Below are positions 40,066-53,309 of a DNA stretch of 64,000 nt, piece by piece. The position numbers and the translations under genes were made by a program. Each line of letters opens with the position of its first letter. Positions within the stretch are counted from its first letter, which is position 1. Source of the stretch: Lama guanicoe (Eukaryota); assembly GCA_013239625.1 (NCBI GenBank), contig MU056029.1, positions 868,001 through 932,000 of the forward strand, written 5' to 3'. The notes under the pieces are model-generated. The model had not been told where the DNA came from, ran no database searches, and worked only from the letters and a program-made list of their open reading frames with translations.

Positions 40066-40745
40066 CTTTCTTTTCATCTTCATATTCTTTTTCATTACAG
40101 GTTACTACTACAAGATATTGAATATAGTTCCCTGTGCTACACACTGTAAATTTGTTGTTTATTTTATATATATTTGTTAGTATCTGCAAATCTCGAGCTC
40201 CTGATTTATCCCTTCCCATCCCTTTCCCCCCAACCCAGTAACCATAAGGTTGTTTTCTATGTCTGTGAGTCTGTTTCTGTTTTGTAGATGAATTCATAGT
40301 ATCCTTTTTTTCTTTTTTTTTTAAGATTCCACATATGAGTGATATCATATGATATTTTTCTTTCTCTTTCCAGCTTACTTCACTTAGAATGATAAACTCT
40401 AGGTCCATCCATGTTGCTGCAAATGGCATTATTTTATTCTTTTTTATGGCTGAATAGTATTCCATTGTATAAATATACGACAACTTCCTTATCCACTCAT
40501 CTGTCAATGGACATTTAGGTTGTTTCCATGTCTTGGCTATTGTAAATAGTGCTTCTTTGAATATTGGGGTGCATATATCTTTTCAAATTAAAGTTCCCTT
40601 GGAATATATGCCCAGGAGAGGGATTGCTGGATCATAGGGTAAGTCTATTTTTAGTTTTTAGAGGAATCTCCATACTGTTTTCCTTAACAGCTGCACCAAA
40701 CTACATTCTCACCAACAGTGTAGGAGGGTTCCCTTTTCTCCACAT
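40066..40745 (-). mobile_element. Young L1 fragment (ORF2 end plus part of the 3' UTR)
   Basis: TDEWIRKLSYIYTMEYYSAIKKNKIMPFAATWMDLE. Confidence 0.93.
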
Positions 40746-41649
40746 ATTGACAAAAGAAAATCTAAAATAGAGAGATTTCTAATGTCTTGCAACATTTCTT
40801 AGATAATTCTCCTACTTAAATTCACCTCATTCTGGGATTGCACAGTTGTCCAAAGCAAAGGTGAAGTTCTTTTCCCAGATGTGGCTCATCTAGAGCCCAG
40901 CTAAGGGCCCTGAGGTCTTTCCTCCTCCATCTCACAGTATCCCAGACCCTGACTCCCGGATGGACAACCACCACATGGCTAATGAATTTATGATTGTCAC
41001 AGACAAATTTTTTACCACCCTCCCCCGCCAGAAAAATTGGTGGCCCCAGTCACCATTTCTCCCAAGCTTCTGCCTTCTTCAGATACACTGTCTTATCTAT
41101 TCATCGTAAGTTAGTGAGGAACAGTTTGGACTGCGTAATCACATATCATAGCCTCATCAGAGGTGTTCTGAGCCAGGCATCAGGAAACCATCTGCCTGTT
41201 AGTCAGAATGGGTTAAGCTCACACAGCTGTTAACACTGTCCCACAATCTCAGGGGCTTTAACACACAAGCATCTCTTTTCCTGTCAACATCTACACTAAG
41301 GAAACAGAAACTGGAGCATCATGGGAGAGTTTTTCACAACTCCAGTTCAAAATTTTTCTCTTTTATAAAATTAGGGGGTTAAACAAGTGACTTGTTTCCA
41401 AAAACCCCCAGCCCTTTTTGTCAGCCCCTCTTCTCCGGAGAGCCCTAGACTCAGGGGCGTCCAGGCGTGATGCTGCTGATGGTGTGAACATTTCACCCAT
41501 GAATATGAAATAATTCTAACATCTAATCAGCTCTTACTGTGTGCCAGGCCCTGTGCTGTGCACCTTGGGGACGTTTCATCATTTAATCATGGGAATGACA
41601 CTGTGAGGGGCATACTTTTAAGAAGTAAGAAAATGGAGGCTCCAACCCT

Positions 41650-42820
41650 TCTGCCAAACCTGCTCTTCACAAAGTCTTTCTCATTTCAGTGGATGACGAT
41701 TCCATCTTTCTAGTTGCTCAAACCCAAATCTCAGCTCTCTTTTTCATAAATCTCACATCTAGCCCAACAGGAAACACCGTGGACACTACATCAAGATATA
41801 TCATATCCAGCTGCTTCTAATAACCTCCTTTGCCTAAACCACCTTGCCCTGAGCTGCCATCATCTTTCACCTGGGTTCCTGCAATCCCCTGGCCTACCTA
41901 CCCCCGCCCTTACCACTTCACTGTCCGTTCTCAGTTCTGCTTGAAGCCTCTGGATTACAGTGACCTTGGGGTCCCAAAGCTCTACCTGAGTCCTCCCTTA
42001 ACTCTTGGGCCCCTTCTCCTGCCCTTTTCCCTCCAGTCACTCTGGCCTTCTTGGTGTTTTTATAGCACACAGTCTTGTTCATGCTTAACTGCTTTCCACT
42101 GACTTTCTCTTCCTTGAATGTGCTTTATTGCGATATTTGGCAGTCAGTCTATGTTATGGACCAGATGTCTGTGTCCTCCTAAAATCCATATATGGAAGCC
42201 CTAACACCCAATGTGATAGTGGAGATGGGACCTTCAGGAGGTAATTAGGCTTAGACAGGTCATGAGGGTGGAGCCCTCATGATAGGATCAGCACCCTTAT
42301 AAGAAGACGGGGATCTCCTCCAATGGTGCATGTCTAGGAAAGGCCACATGAACAAACAGTGACATGGTGACTGTCTGTGAGCCAGGAAGGGAACACTTGC
42401 CAAGAACTGAATCTGCCTGCACTTGGATCTTGGACTTCCAGCCTCCAGAACTGTGAGAAACGAATGTCTGCTGTTTAAGCCTCCCAGTCCATGGTATGTT
42501 GTTACAGCAGAGCCCATGCTGACTGAAACAGCTTCCTCACCTCCTCAAGTCTTTGCTCAAATGTCACCTTTTCAACAAGGCACATTCTAATTTCTCCATA
42601 ATACTGCGTTCTGACCGCCATCAACATCCCCTCTGTCTCCAGCACTTCTGTTTCCTTTCTTCCTACTGAATTTTACCCTCGGCATTTAGTGTCTTCTTTC
42701 AGAAGATGACATTTATCACCCCCCTCCACTGCTCTCCCACCACACACACTAGAATGCAAGCTCTAGATGGACAAGGGTTTTGTTCACTATAATTCATCAA
42801 GTTTCTAGCACTCAATTCTA
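41650..42820 (+). mobile_element. L2 fragment interrupted by an MLT1A LTR
   Basis: tccatctttctagttgctca; tctttgctcaaatgtcacctt; ctagaatgcaagctc. Confidence 0.65.
42152..42530 (+). mobile_element. MLT1A-like LTR
   Basis: tgttatggac...ggacttccagcctccagaactgtgagaaa...gactgaaaca. Confidence 0.9.
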
Positions 42821-42824
42821 GCCT

Positions 42825-43880
42825 CTGTATCTTGGTTTCTACGATGGTTTCCTAATAGAAGGAACCAGAATTCCTTAGAGAAGTGGTTGATTCCAAGTCT
42901 AGGGCAGCAGAAATAGAAGATGAGCCTGGAGGACCTCGCGATGCCAGCAAGCAGAGCTCAAAAATCAGTGGTGGCAGAAATGGACACAACATTGTAAACT
43001 GACTATACTTCAATTTTCAAAAAAAGGTCAAAATAATAATGGTAGCCTGTTGAAAGGATATAGGAGCCAGCTCAAAGGAATGCCCAGTAGCCAAAACTGA
43101 AACAATCTGATTAAGAAATTGAATAGTAAGTCATAAGATAAAATAAATATGCTTATGTTAATACTGATATACATAAATTATTAAATAAGCAGAGATAGCT
43201 CTTCATTTCAGAAGCATTTCAATTAATGTGTAGAAGGTTTGAGAGAAATACAAAATGACCATGAAGCAAGCACAAAACTAAAATCGCCACAGCAAGATAC
43301 ACCAATAGATGCTAAAATCAGTGAGAAAGGAGAAACCAGCTATGTGCGTAGTCTCAAAGTGTCTCTCGCAGAATGTTTGTTAATTTCAAAGGGGAAATAG
43401 TAACTTTGACATGAAGGGACGGAAGACACCACCGTAACCAAGTGATCAGTATGTATAAGACCTCGTGTGTCATGGTTGTGCGATGCCCTGAACAGTGAGG
43501 GCAACCTCAATGGAACCACGAGAAACCATCAGAGAAACCCAAATTGTGATTGGTACCCTGTGAAGTCATGGGAGATGAGGAAAGACTGAGGAAGCATCCC
43601 AGAGTGAAGAAACTTTCTAAGGAGACATGACAACTAAATGCCAGGTTGGAAGTGAGGCCCTGGACTGGACCCTGGAACAGACAAAGGTCATTAGTGCAAA
43701 AACCGGTAATATGTGAATAAAGTATGGAGTTTAGTAAGTTTGCAATATAACATCTTACTCTTCATAAGTTTATCAGGCCCATAGAAGAGAACATCTAGGG
43801 AAGCTGAGTTAAGGGCGTGCAGGAACACAGCAATTTTCTGTTAAGTCTAAAATTATTTCAAAAAAACAAGTTTTAAAAAG
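42825..43880 (+). mobile_element. L1MC-like 3' region with a small nested young L1 tail at ~42976-43026
   Basis: aaggaaccagaattccttagagaagtggttgattcc; ggagacatgacaactaaatgc. Confidence 0.7.
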
Positions 43881-44812
43881 AGATGCATGGTACTTCTTAA
43901 ATAAATGAGTTTTCTTACCTATGAAACTAAGACAGTAAAGGCATTTTCAAATTTCCCTCATTTTTAAATAAATCCATTAAGATGTGGAAAAATTATGATA
44001 TATTATTGTATCCAAAAAAATCTGGAGACTCAACCTGGGACAAATCAGTTAGCACTGTCAGTCTAAAACAGAGTGAGTAACTGATACATTATCAAAATAA
44101 TTTTATGTGGTAGACAGCTTTTCTGATTGATTAGACTGGGAAGAACAGAAACTTTGCTACCAAATAGATGAAGTAATGGAATAAATCAGTGAGTGGCTAA
44201 CCAAAGGGTTAACTAAAGAAATGCTTGGGTAAGATGAATATAAGAACCTTCTGAAATTACTATTATCATGCTAAGCTAGGAACTTTGTACAATTTGATGT
44301 CTCCAAAAACATTTAGTCGCTTAACAAAGCGTCCTACAAACACTACACACAATTTTCACTTTGTGAGGCTTGTAGTTGGTCCATGGATGCTGAGAAAGAT
44401 GAGAGAAGGGACGTATTCATCTTCTACAGGTTACAGTGATTTGGACTTGAGTCATGATGCGGAAAGAGAAGAGAGTTCTTTCTGCATTTTGCAGGTCCTG
44501 CAAGGGCCAACCTGGGAAGAAAGGATGACAAATATCAAGTGGTTTTGAACACCTCAAATGGCCAGCCACACATCTCGTCTGGTGTGGTGTTCAACACCTC
44601 ATGAAGTTAAAAATGTTTCCTTTTTAGGCTTTAAGTTTACTTTACTTTAATATTTTAAATATTAAAATCTTGGAAGTTTGCATTTTGATTTGACTGTTTC
44701 TCGGAATGTGTGATAATTTGAATTTCCACAAAACTCCAGCACGCTCATCATTGGAAGTAAGCCTTTCTATTTCTGTAACACTTTACACTTGTTAGCATTT
44801 ATAACTCCGTAG

Positions 44813-44913
44813 ACACTTACATAACTTACAGAGAAGTCTGTTATGAGGGGCCGAGTGACAACTTGAAGATGCCTCAGGCCAAGTCCCCCACGGCTGCACA
44901 CAGTCACCTGAAT
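44813..44913 (+). pseudogene. Relic exon, second ankyrin cluster (internally deleted)
   Basis: ccgtag| ITYREVCYEGPSD...AAHSHLN versus TPLHEASNEGSID...VANNHLK; donor site lost. Confidence 0.45.
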
Positions 44914-45465
44914 CCTTAAATTCCTGACTTTTTTTTTACCCACATTGTTTAATTTAAGATGACCCTCCTCACTCAAGTGATTAAAATTAGTAAAGAGGAA
45001 TGATTATTTTGAAAATTTACCTCTCATGCCATACAATGTTGAAATAGGACGGCTTGAAAATATGGCACAATTTTTCACAATATAAAACTAAATATAACCT
45101 TTTTTTTTTCAGTTTACAAATAACCATAGACTTTGGGATTTCACTATAACTCACATGTTCACACAATATTAAACATTCTAAGACAGATTAATTTACTCCA
45201 TGAATGAAGCCAGATCTTGCATCATTTTATTTCATCTTCACAATATTGTTTGGAAAAAGAAATTGAAGTTAGAAGGTTTAGTTTCCTGCCCGAAGAGGCA
45301 CAACTCTAGTGCGACAAACTCCTATCAAGCAGAGGTAAAATAATCCCCAAGGCCAGGGTTATAAATTATTTCACAACATTGCCACAAACACTATACAAAT
45401 ATATGTTAAAAACATAAAGAAGAAAAATAAAATCCAGTGCAATCATATATGTATTTCCTATTATA

Positions 45466-46120
45466 TTCATCAGGAGGGAAGTGGGCAGGGCACAGCCATT
45501 CAAGGAAGGACACAGCAATTAACACCAAGATGGTGGAGAATTCAACTCCCAGCAGACCTTGAGGCCCATGGTGGTGGAAGGTTCAACTCCCAGCAGACCT
45601 TGAGTTTCATCATACGCTCATTGTAATACACTAGCTGCTAAGCGGCCCTCCCACAGGCACCATGACAGCTCCCAGGCTGACCATAAAAGGTCAGAAAGTG
45701 GGGGTGGCCCAGCTCCTGGAAATCCCCACCACCTCCTCAGAGTAGTTGGAATAACCCTCCCACTTGTCAGCATATGAAGTCACTGAGCCCATAAAAACTA
45801 ACAGCCCCCATACCTTGTGGCCGCTCTCCCTTCCGAGTGAGACAAGTCACGTATCTGTCTATGGAGTGTGTATCTACTTTTACTTTAAACTAAACACTCA
45901 CCCCCATGCCTTGTGGCCTTTCTCTTGCCTTCTGAGGTGGCCTGCACTCTGTCTATGGAGTGTCTCTCTCTCTGAATAAATCTACTTTTACTCAATTGTG
46001 GCTTGCTCTTGAATTCTTTCCTGTGTGAAGCTAAGGACCCACACTTGGCAGGGCGCCTCCCAGGGGGTCACCCAAGACCTGGGACATAGCCATCCTCTGG
46101 CCTCACATTTTCCTTCAACA
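45466..46120 (+). mobile_element. MER41-like solo LTR with internal duplications
   Basis: Homologous to 20731-21212; ttcaactcccagcagaccttgag twice; ends CAACA. Confidence 0.75.
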
Positions 46121-46407
46121 GTCTGAGAACCTGGGATGTTTAGGCTGAAGGAAGAAGAGGAGGTGAGCTGTCCCAGCTCAACAGGGATGCAGAAAAAAGG
46201 GTGAATTCCTCCTTCCTCCACCTCTTCCTCTGTTCAGGCCCTCTGTGGATTGCATGAGCCTCACCCACGCTGGGGAGGGCATCTGATTTACTGAGCCCAC
46301 GCATGCAAATGCTCATCTCATCTGGAGGTTCCTCATCAGGAAATACTCTGCAAGCACAATATCTTCTCACCCATGACACAGTCAAGTGGACACATAGAAT
46401 TAACAAT
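46121..46407 (-). mobile_element. MLT2-like LTR fragment
   Basis: acccacgctggggagggcatctgatttactgag...cagtcaagtggacacatagaattaac. Confidence 0.8.
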
Positions 46408-46564
46408 TGAAATATGTATATTTCTAGTGTTTTTCTTGTTTATTTTTAACCTACTGAAAAGAGATCCATAACTATGAGTTTGAATCATTAACTAGAAAAA
46501 CAATATCAACCTATATAGTAATATCAGAAATTCTCACTTGATGACATAACTCTGTCCTATCAAG

Positions 46565-46674
46565 GTGATGTAGATTTGTCCTTGTGATATGATGTGAAGG
46601 ACACTTGCACTTGACTGACTTTACTGATTTTATGTGCCAAGATATCTGACAAGTAGAGAAAGTGGGAAAGCAAA
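46565..46674 (+). pseudogene. Relic exon, end of second ankyrin cluster
   Basis: tcctatcaag| VM*ICPCDMM*RTLALD*LY*FYVPRYLTS...|GTGAGT. The ALD-x10-L-x-S spacing matches ALDEADDEKMKELLRS. Confidence 0.45.
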
Positions 46675-47132
46675 GTGAGTTCATATATATGTTGCTGCAG
46701 TGGACAGGAATCTTGGAAATCCCATGAAGAAAAAAAATAAGAATGCATACATCCAAGAAAGAGAAGAATGAGTAGGGACAGCACGCCTTAGTGACTTCTC
46801 ACTATTTAAAAACTGTATTCCACATTACAAAGCATGGATGGCCCCACCATTTTATTATGACCCATAACAACTTTGTGAAATATGCATGGCTTTAGTGATT
46901 AGCAAGATCATACAGCTCGGAGTAGAGACATTGACTAGGAGCTAATTTCCTAATTTTATGGATATTGTTCATCATGCCAGGCAGCCTCACTAACAACCTT
47001 CACAACCCAATCTCGGTGAACAAGGAATTTTTAAGGATTTACATTTTACAAGACTTTCACCTTTTCTTAGAAGCCATCCAAAAGAAAAAGAGCAGTTTTA
47101 CTTACTTTTAAGAAAGTAAACAGTGTTTGTAG

Positions 47133-47687
47133 TGTAAGCCCTGCCAGTTGGGTTCCTTCTTGTTTTTTGTTTGTTTCCGTAATGCCAGTGCCTAACTGAG
47201 ACTCTGATGGCTGAGGTCTCCCCTTCAAAGACAACTGTCTCAAATAAACACACCACCAGCCACAGGGCTAGACAAAGGGCCAGACTACACCTCCTTGAAG
47301 CTCTTTTGCTGAAAGGTCTTTGGTTGATTCAGTAACTGACTGTCTACTTGTGGTGGTGGTGGTTCTTGTTTTCTTTTCTGTTTTCTTCCAGCTCTTATGT
47401 TTTAAACTCATCAAGGAGAGTGAGCCTGAGAAACCCTGGGCTCCCAGCCTGGACTTCAGTAACAGCAGAGCCCCAGGCCTGCCTTCTCTCTCCCTCTCCT
47501 GCCAAGATCTCACTGTGCGACCCCCAGAACACCTTGTACTCTCAGCACGGGTGGATAATAAACCTTGTTATTCTTCCAAAGTTCCCTGATGGTTATTGAT
47601 GAGGGTGTCTTGCAGTCATAGTAAGGACCACAAAGGCCCATCCAGCCCCAACGCTGGCTACTAATATGCTAGGACTGGCACAGAACA
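47133..47687 (+). mobile_element. MER74-like LTR
   Basis: tgtaagccctgccagttgg...ggactggcacagaaca. Confidence 0.65.
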
Positions 47688-47887
47688 GCATCATCCTTTA
47701 TGACTAACACTTGGGTCCCTTGGGTCCTTTAATAAATCTAAGATACAGTATGGAATCTTAGTGATTTGATTTTTCCTGTATCTTAAAACATTATTTATAT
47801 TTTAAGCACCCAAGGAATTATTTCATCATTGCCTATTAATTACTTCCAACTCTTTAAAAAAATTATAGACTATTAAGAAAGTGAAAG

Positions 47888-48040
47888 GGGGGAGGGTATA
47901 GCTCAAGTGGTAGAGCACATGCTTGGCATACACAAGGTCCTGGGTTCAATCCCCAGTACCTCCTCTCAAAATAAATAAGTAAAACTAATTACCTCCTCCC
48001 ACACACACAAAAAAAACCCCAAAAAACAACAACAACAAAA
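47888..48040 (+). mobile_element. Vic-1-like SINE with perfect 13-bp TSD
   Basis: AAGAAAGTGAAAG at 47875-47887 and 48041-48053; A and B boxes. Confidence 0.93.
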
Positions 48041-48057
48041 AAGAAAGTGAAAGATGA

Positions 48058-48640
48058 TGTGTCAGGCAGAATGAGCTCCCAAAGATATACACACCCTAAA
48101 CCTTAGGTCCTGTCAATGTCTTACATCATGTGACAAAAGTGGCCAGGAACCTTAAGATATGGAGAAATTCCTAGATTATCCAAGCGGGCCCATATAATCA
48201 CATGAGATCTTAAAAGTAGAGCACTTTCTTAGGCTAGAGTTGAAGAGAAACGGCAGAAGGAGAAACTGAAAGATCTGAAGTGTGAGAGGGATTCAACACC
48301 GAGGTGCGGGAGCCACATGGAAAGCACGAGAAGGGGTCAGCAGCCTCTAGGTGCACGACCAGCCCTTGGCTGGCAGCCAGCAAGGAAACACCAATCTCAG
48401 TCCTACAACCACAAGGAATTAATCTGAGTCAACAACTTGAATAAGCTTGGGAGCCTCCAGAAAGGAATGCAGTCCTTCTGCACCCTGATTTCATTCTCAT
48501 GAGACTCTAAGCAGAGGACTTCGATGAGCCCCACTGCACCCAGACTTCTGACCAACTGAGTTGGTAGATAGTAACTGAGTGTTTCTCTAAAATGCTAACT
48601 CTGTAGCAATTCGTTGTGGTGGAAATAGAAAACTAATACA
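48058..48640 (+). mobile_element. MLT1E-like LTR
   Basis: tgtgtcaggcagaat...aatagaaaactaataca; flanks GATGA/GATGC. Confidence 0.85.
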
Positions 48641-48789
48641 GATGCCATTCTCTGCAAGAATTGATGCAATGGGGAAATTATCTATTTTTTTTTTTTGTAT
48701 TTCCAAGAGTGTCACATGATTTTTAAAGAAAGTATAAAACAAGTCTGGAAACATTATCACTGTAATCACTTTTTTTAAAAAGACCTGTA

Positions 48790-49570
48790 TTGAAATCTAG
48801 TTAAAGGGAAAACATTTCACATTGATTGGATGAATTAGAAGATGAATTCAAAGCTACACAGAGCAACACTCTAGATTGCGCCAATAATGATGAAACTGAT
48901 CATATTAGCAAAATTTTAAACTATGTGTCTTTAGATGACAATTCATCTAGGGATGAATTTTCTCAGATAGGTGAACAATACATTTATAAGGACAAAAAGA
49001 AAATACAGCATTTTCAGCCAGCTAGTCATTTCACTGTAAAGACTTCACAGTATTTTTTGACAGAAATCTGGAACTTCTAGTTTGCTAAAGAATGGGTGAC
49101 AGTAGTCTTTCGTCTTTTATGATGTTTGTACACTGTTATTTACTTGATATAGTTCTTAAGTGGAAAAATTATGAAGGCAGGTGTATATATATGCAAAGGT
49201 GACTGGAAGGAAATAAATAATGTAAAAATGAAGAGTTTTTGTACTGATCTTTGTGGTTGGTGTTGTTAATCCAAAAGTAAAAATGTTTGCAACCACAGTA
49301 TAAAGATGACTATTCTTTTTTAAACTAGGAACCATCAGAGTTTCAAAAATATTTACTTCCGATAATACAAGCACAAGAAAACTAGAAGTAATGACAGCCT
49401 AGAACCTATTAGAGATGTATTTAAAATCTATAATGATTATTTACAGTTTTACACATGACCGTTGATAAGGAGTTAGTTGCATTCAAAACACATTGTACAT
49501 GGGGTGTAGATATAAGTTCCAAAACCAGGAAAAATAAAATGAAGATTTCATTTTGCAATATATAAAATTT
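48790..49570 (+). mobile_element. Decayed piggyBac transposase (Looper-like DNA transposon)
   Basis: TRSNDSLEPIRDVFKIYN (49381) and MTVDKELVAFKTHC (49455), then a degenerate SKPGK-like motif; these match piggyBac DKLAPIR.VF and TVDEQLVAF.G.C...PSKP.KYG. Confidence 0.8.
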
Positions 49571-50210
49571 TACTAAAATCTATGGAATCTATGAAACACT
49601 GAGAAAAAGGTAGAGACAAAATGATAGTTTTATTGAAACCGCCTTCTAAATGAAACTCTATTCAAATTTGTCTTCTTAATCATTTGCATCAAGCAAGTAG
49701 TTATTCCGTATATTAATATGTTACCAATTTTCTATTCACTGAGTTTTTATTTTAAATGTTTGCTACTAGGAAAGAAAGAGGGAAGAAAGCTGATATGGGT
49801 AGGACTTGCATAATCTTTCTTTTTTCTTTTTTGAGATTTGAATTTCTGTAATTATCTAAAGAATAAAAATTCTAAAGGGCAGGGTGGAGAGCTAAATAAA
49901 ATCACTTTTAATTCAATAAAATCAGAATATCGAATTGAAAACTAAGGGTTTGTTCTATGCGACCGACCTTTCACGATATTTAGGCATCTGTCTTTCTAGA
50001 TCAAGTAATCAACATGCTAATTAAAACTATGTTTCATGAATGTCAGAACTGTCATCTGCAGTTCGAATGTTATAATTGGGTGAAATTAAATGAAAAGGAG
50101 AGATTGTACATCCATGAGATCACTGTTATAAAATTATCTCAAGGGCTATGCAGTTAAGAAAAGGCAATCCATATGTGGGTCAGCTAGAGGAAACCTCCCA
50201 TTTGCAGATA

Positions 50211-50367
50211 CAGGTGTCCCTTGGCGTCTGCAAGGACTGGTTCCAGGACAGGCCCTCACTGCTGGGGATACCCAAACCTTCAGATGCTCAACTTCCATAT
50301 GGTGTGGTGCAGACAGTCCCCATACCTGCCAGTTTGACCAGCAGCCCGTGAATGTGCAGGGCCACTG
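50211..50367. mobile_element. MER2-like Tigger MITE (internally deleted)
   Basis: TA|caggtgtcccttgg...ggactggttccaggac...gatgctcaac...gggccactg. Confidence 0.7.
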
Positions 50368-50396
50368 TCCATCAGCACCTCCTCTGCACGTAACTT

Positions 50397-50548
50397 AGAT
50401 AAACAAGGTCCTACTGGTAAGCACAGGGAACTGTACTCAATATCTTGTAAAATAGCCTATAATAAAGATGTGAAAAGGTTATATATATGTATAACTGAAT
50501 CACCATGCTCTACACAACATTGTGAATCAGCTATACGTCAGTAAAAAA
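50397..50548 (+). mobile_element. L1 3'-end fragment
   Basis: aacaaggtcctactg...agcacagggaact...acaacattgtgaatcagctatac. Confidence 0.8.
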
Positions 50549-52616
50549 TGAAGATATCAAAGGGGCACTGAGGTACATCAGACTTCTCAGAGAATCATTT
50601 GATGTCCTGTTAAACCTTCCCCAGAGAGTCCCATTCCCATCCAGAGGCTGGCCAACCGGGCCCTGGAGTTTTCACGTCTAACAGGCACTATCTGGCCAGC
50701 AGGCAGGTTGCCATGGTGTGCAGCATCCTTGGAAGACAGAGGGCATATTTGTCCCCTGGCCAGGGCAACAAGATGCAGTAGCTTTCCTTGGGGCGTCTCA
50801 TGAGATCTTAGGTTTCCTAAGCTCCAGGGTGCTCAGCTGTGATACAGATACACATGCCCAGTGCCCCTCCTCCAGACTTAGGGGAACTGACCGACATGGA
50901 AGTGCATGTGTGCGTATATATATTTTTACATATTTATATATATTTTCCCCCAAATCCTTGCTGCCTTGAGGTGAGACTCCTTTGCTCCTTTAACCATAAG
51001 GTACCTGTTCAGAACTTTAGCATCAGGTAACAGAATCCTTTCTACTGGTCTGAGCAGCACATCAAGAATTACAAACATGGTCATCTTTCTTCCTCTTTTA
51101 GACTGGCCTCAGTCCCCTCTTCTCTGCTCCCATAATCTCTGACTTTCTAACTACATATAAACAAATGAGTTCATTGGTAAATCAATCACCTTGAACCCAC
51201 CAGCACCATCTAATTCAGTTTAGACCAGCTTAGCTCTCTTCAACTTCTGTCACTTTGCTGAAGCCTCTATACGGTTTCCACCTGTCAGTGGAGCTAATAA
51301 TGCTTCTCTCCTGTAATTATTTTAAGGATTCAAGAAAACAATAAACATGAATATGAAAGTGCCAGGCACAGCATCCGGCTGACAGAAGCATCTCCAATGA
51401 TTATTTCTTTAATTGCTTTTCCACCTCTTTGCAACTGACTCAGGCATTGCATCTGAAGCCCAGAAGCACCTCTACAACATTGGAATGTGAGAATAGAGCA
51501 GGCGCCACCTGGCATCTTGCTCTTGATCCACTGATGGCTGGTAAAGCAATGGGAGGTGGGAGGCGGCCCAGAAAGCTCTTGGAGAGTCAGTGTTTGAGAG
51601 TATTTGCTTTTTGGCTCTTCCCACACTGTGAGGGTTGCCAGGCAAGGCGTGGGGCCGCCTGAGTCAGCACCAATACGAGCCCCTTTGTAAAAACATCCCT
51701 TTCCCCTTCCTACTGCTGGGAAATGGGAGAGGCACTTGTGAGCTGCCCACTGTGTCTTTTCAGTGCCGACTCATCCCATGGAGACATCAGCACTGTGTTA
51801 CACCCACAACACTAACTTTCGTTTAATGCCTGCTTCTCTCGGAGGATGGCGCACATCCCTTGCTCTGCTCTGAGCACTGGTGGAAGGACCAGGGAGCTTC
51901 TCGTCAGCTCCCCTCATGGGAGGAGAAGGGACCCAAAGCCTTACTGACTGAGGTCAGCATCAGTGAGAGGGACCGTCTGGTCACTCCAGCCCGCAGCCAC
52001 CACTGGGCACCACCAGCAACTCAGGGTCTCCATTGTGATAACTTCCTAACCGGCCTCCCTCTCATCGCTCCAGTCCACCCAGTGCAAAGACATGTCTTCC
52101 TTTTCGTTACTTCCCCATCACCTGGGAAACTCATGTGCTGCACTGGGGAGGCTGCCAGTATTCAAATCAGTTTTGCTTGTTTACACCCCGTGAAAGCTGC
52201 CAGTGCTGGATCTAGTCATCCCTAGTAAAGACGTCACAGAAATCATTACTTGACTGCAGGCACATCTCCAAGGGTAGAGGCCGTGGTGTGTGAGTTAACT
52301 AGTTCAAAATGTTGTAAAGTGTGTTAAGCATATTTCTGGTAAAGTTCCTACTGAAACATCCCTATCCCGGAAATACTAGAGGGAGGAGTGGAATGAGTGC
52401 CCATCCTGCCTGTGGAGTGTCAGTGCAGCAGCTGCTCCACCTGGTGACGACTGACCGCCAGGCCAAGGTGACTAGGAGGGTTGAGGGGGAGACTCTCCCA
52501 GACCTCCCAGACCTTGGGGTCTGGGGCAGGAGCCCTCTGCCTCCTCTCCACCCAGACGGTTAAGCACTGGGGTGTGCCACAGCACAGGGGGTGGGAGGCT
52601 TTTGCTTAGCAAATAA

Positions 52617-53309
52617 TGTAACCAAGCAGGACCCTACGGTTATCATCGGTGACCACCTGATATCTGCAATGGTGTTTGTAACTGCTTAACTGTATGGTGG
52701 TTTAAAGGGTTTTTCTCTTGCTGACCAGGGTGGGGCTGGAGAGGAGGGAGGCTTGGGTGGTCTGTTCAACCCCCTCATGCTGCTGTGTGCAAGGATCATG
52801 CTCAGTACCCTTCTCTTTCCCCCTTGTGGTTTCCTTGCATCCTGTTGTTTGGGCTGCAGTCCTCAGCTTGCAGTAGGAGGTTCCAGCCCTCAGCCTCCTT
52901 AAAAGGCTAAAGGCATTTATCTACCTGACTTTAAACTGCACAAGTTTCTCTCTAGACCTCTTTTCCAGGGACCCTCATCCTATGTATCCTTTGTTCTAGG
53001 TACAAGAATATTAAGGGAGTCCCTAAGCTGGAGGTGAAATTGCAGCTGCAAAAATAAGAACAACTTTGCAACAATTTGTTACCCTGTATGTGATCTCTAT
53101 GGAGACTAGCTCTGTCCCTTGAACTCTTGAAATTTTACTGTAAAACCCCCTGCCTTCTCTCCCCAGCAGGCTCACAGTCTTGGAGGTGTTAGCCCACTGT
53201 GACCTCCTTTGCCTGCAAAGAAAGAAAGCTACCTTTTCTACTTCATCTAAAACTCTGTCCTGGAGCCTCAGTTTGGTAAGTGGGGTACAGAGACCATGTT
53301 TCAGTAACA
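52617..53309 (+). mobile_element. ERV1 solo LTR (5' end shared with the 12119 element)
   Basis: TGTAACCAAGCAGGACCC...CAGTAACA; flanks ATAA/GTAA. Confidence 0.75.

Noticed and set aside
44114..44229. AG...GG|GTAAGA segment reading DSFSD*LDWEEQKL...
   Set aside because: Two stops and no match I can place in the ANKRD31-like model; left unassigned.
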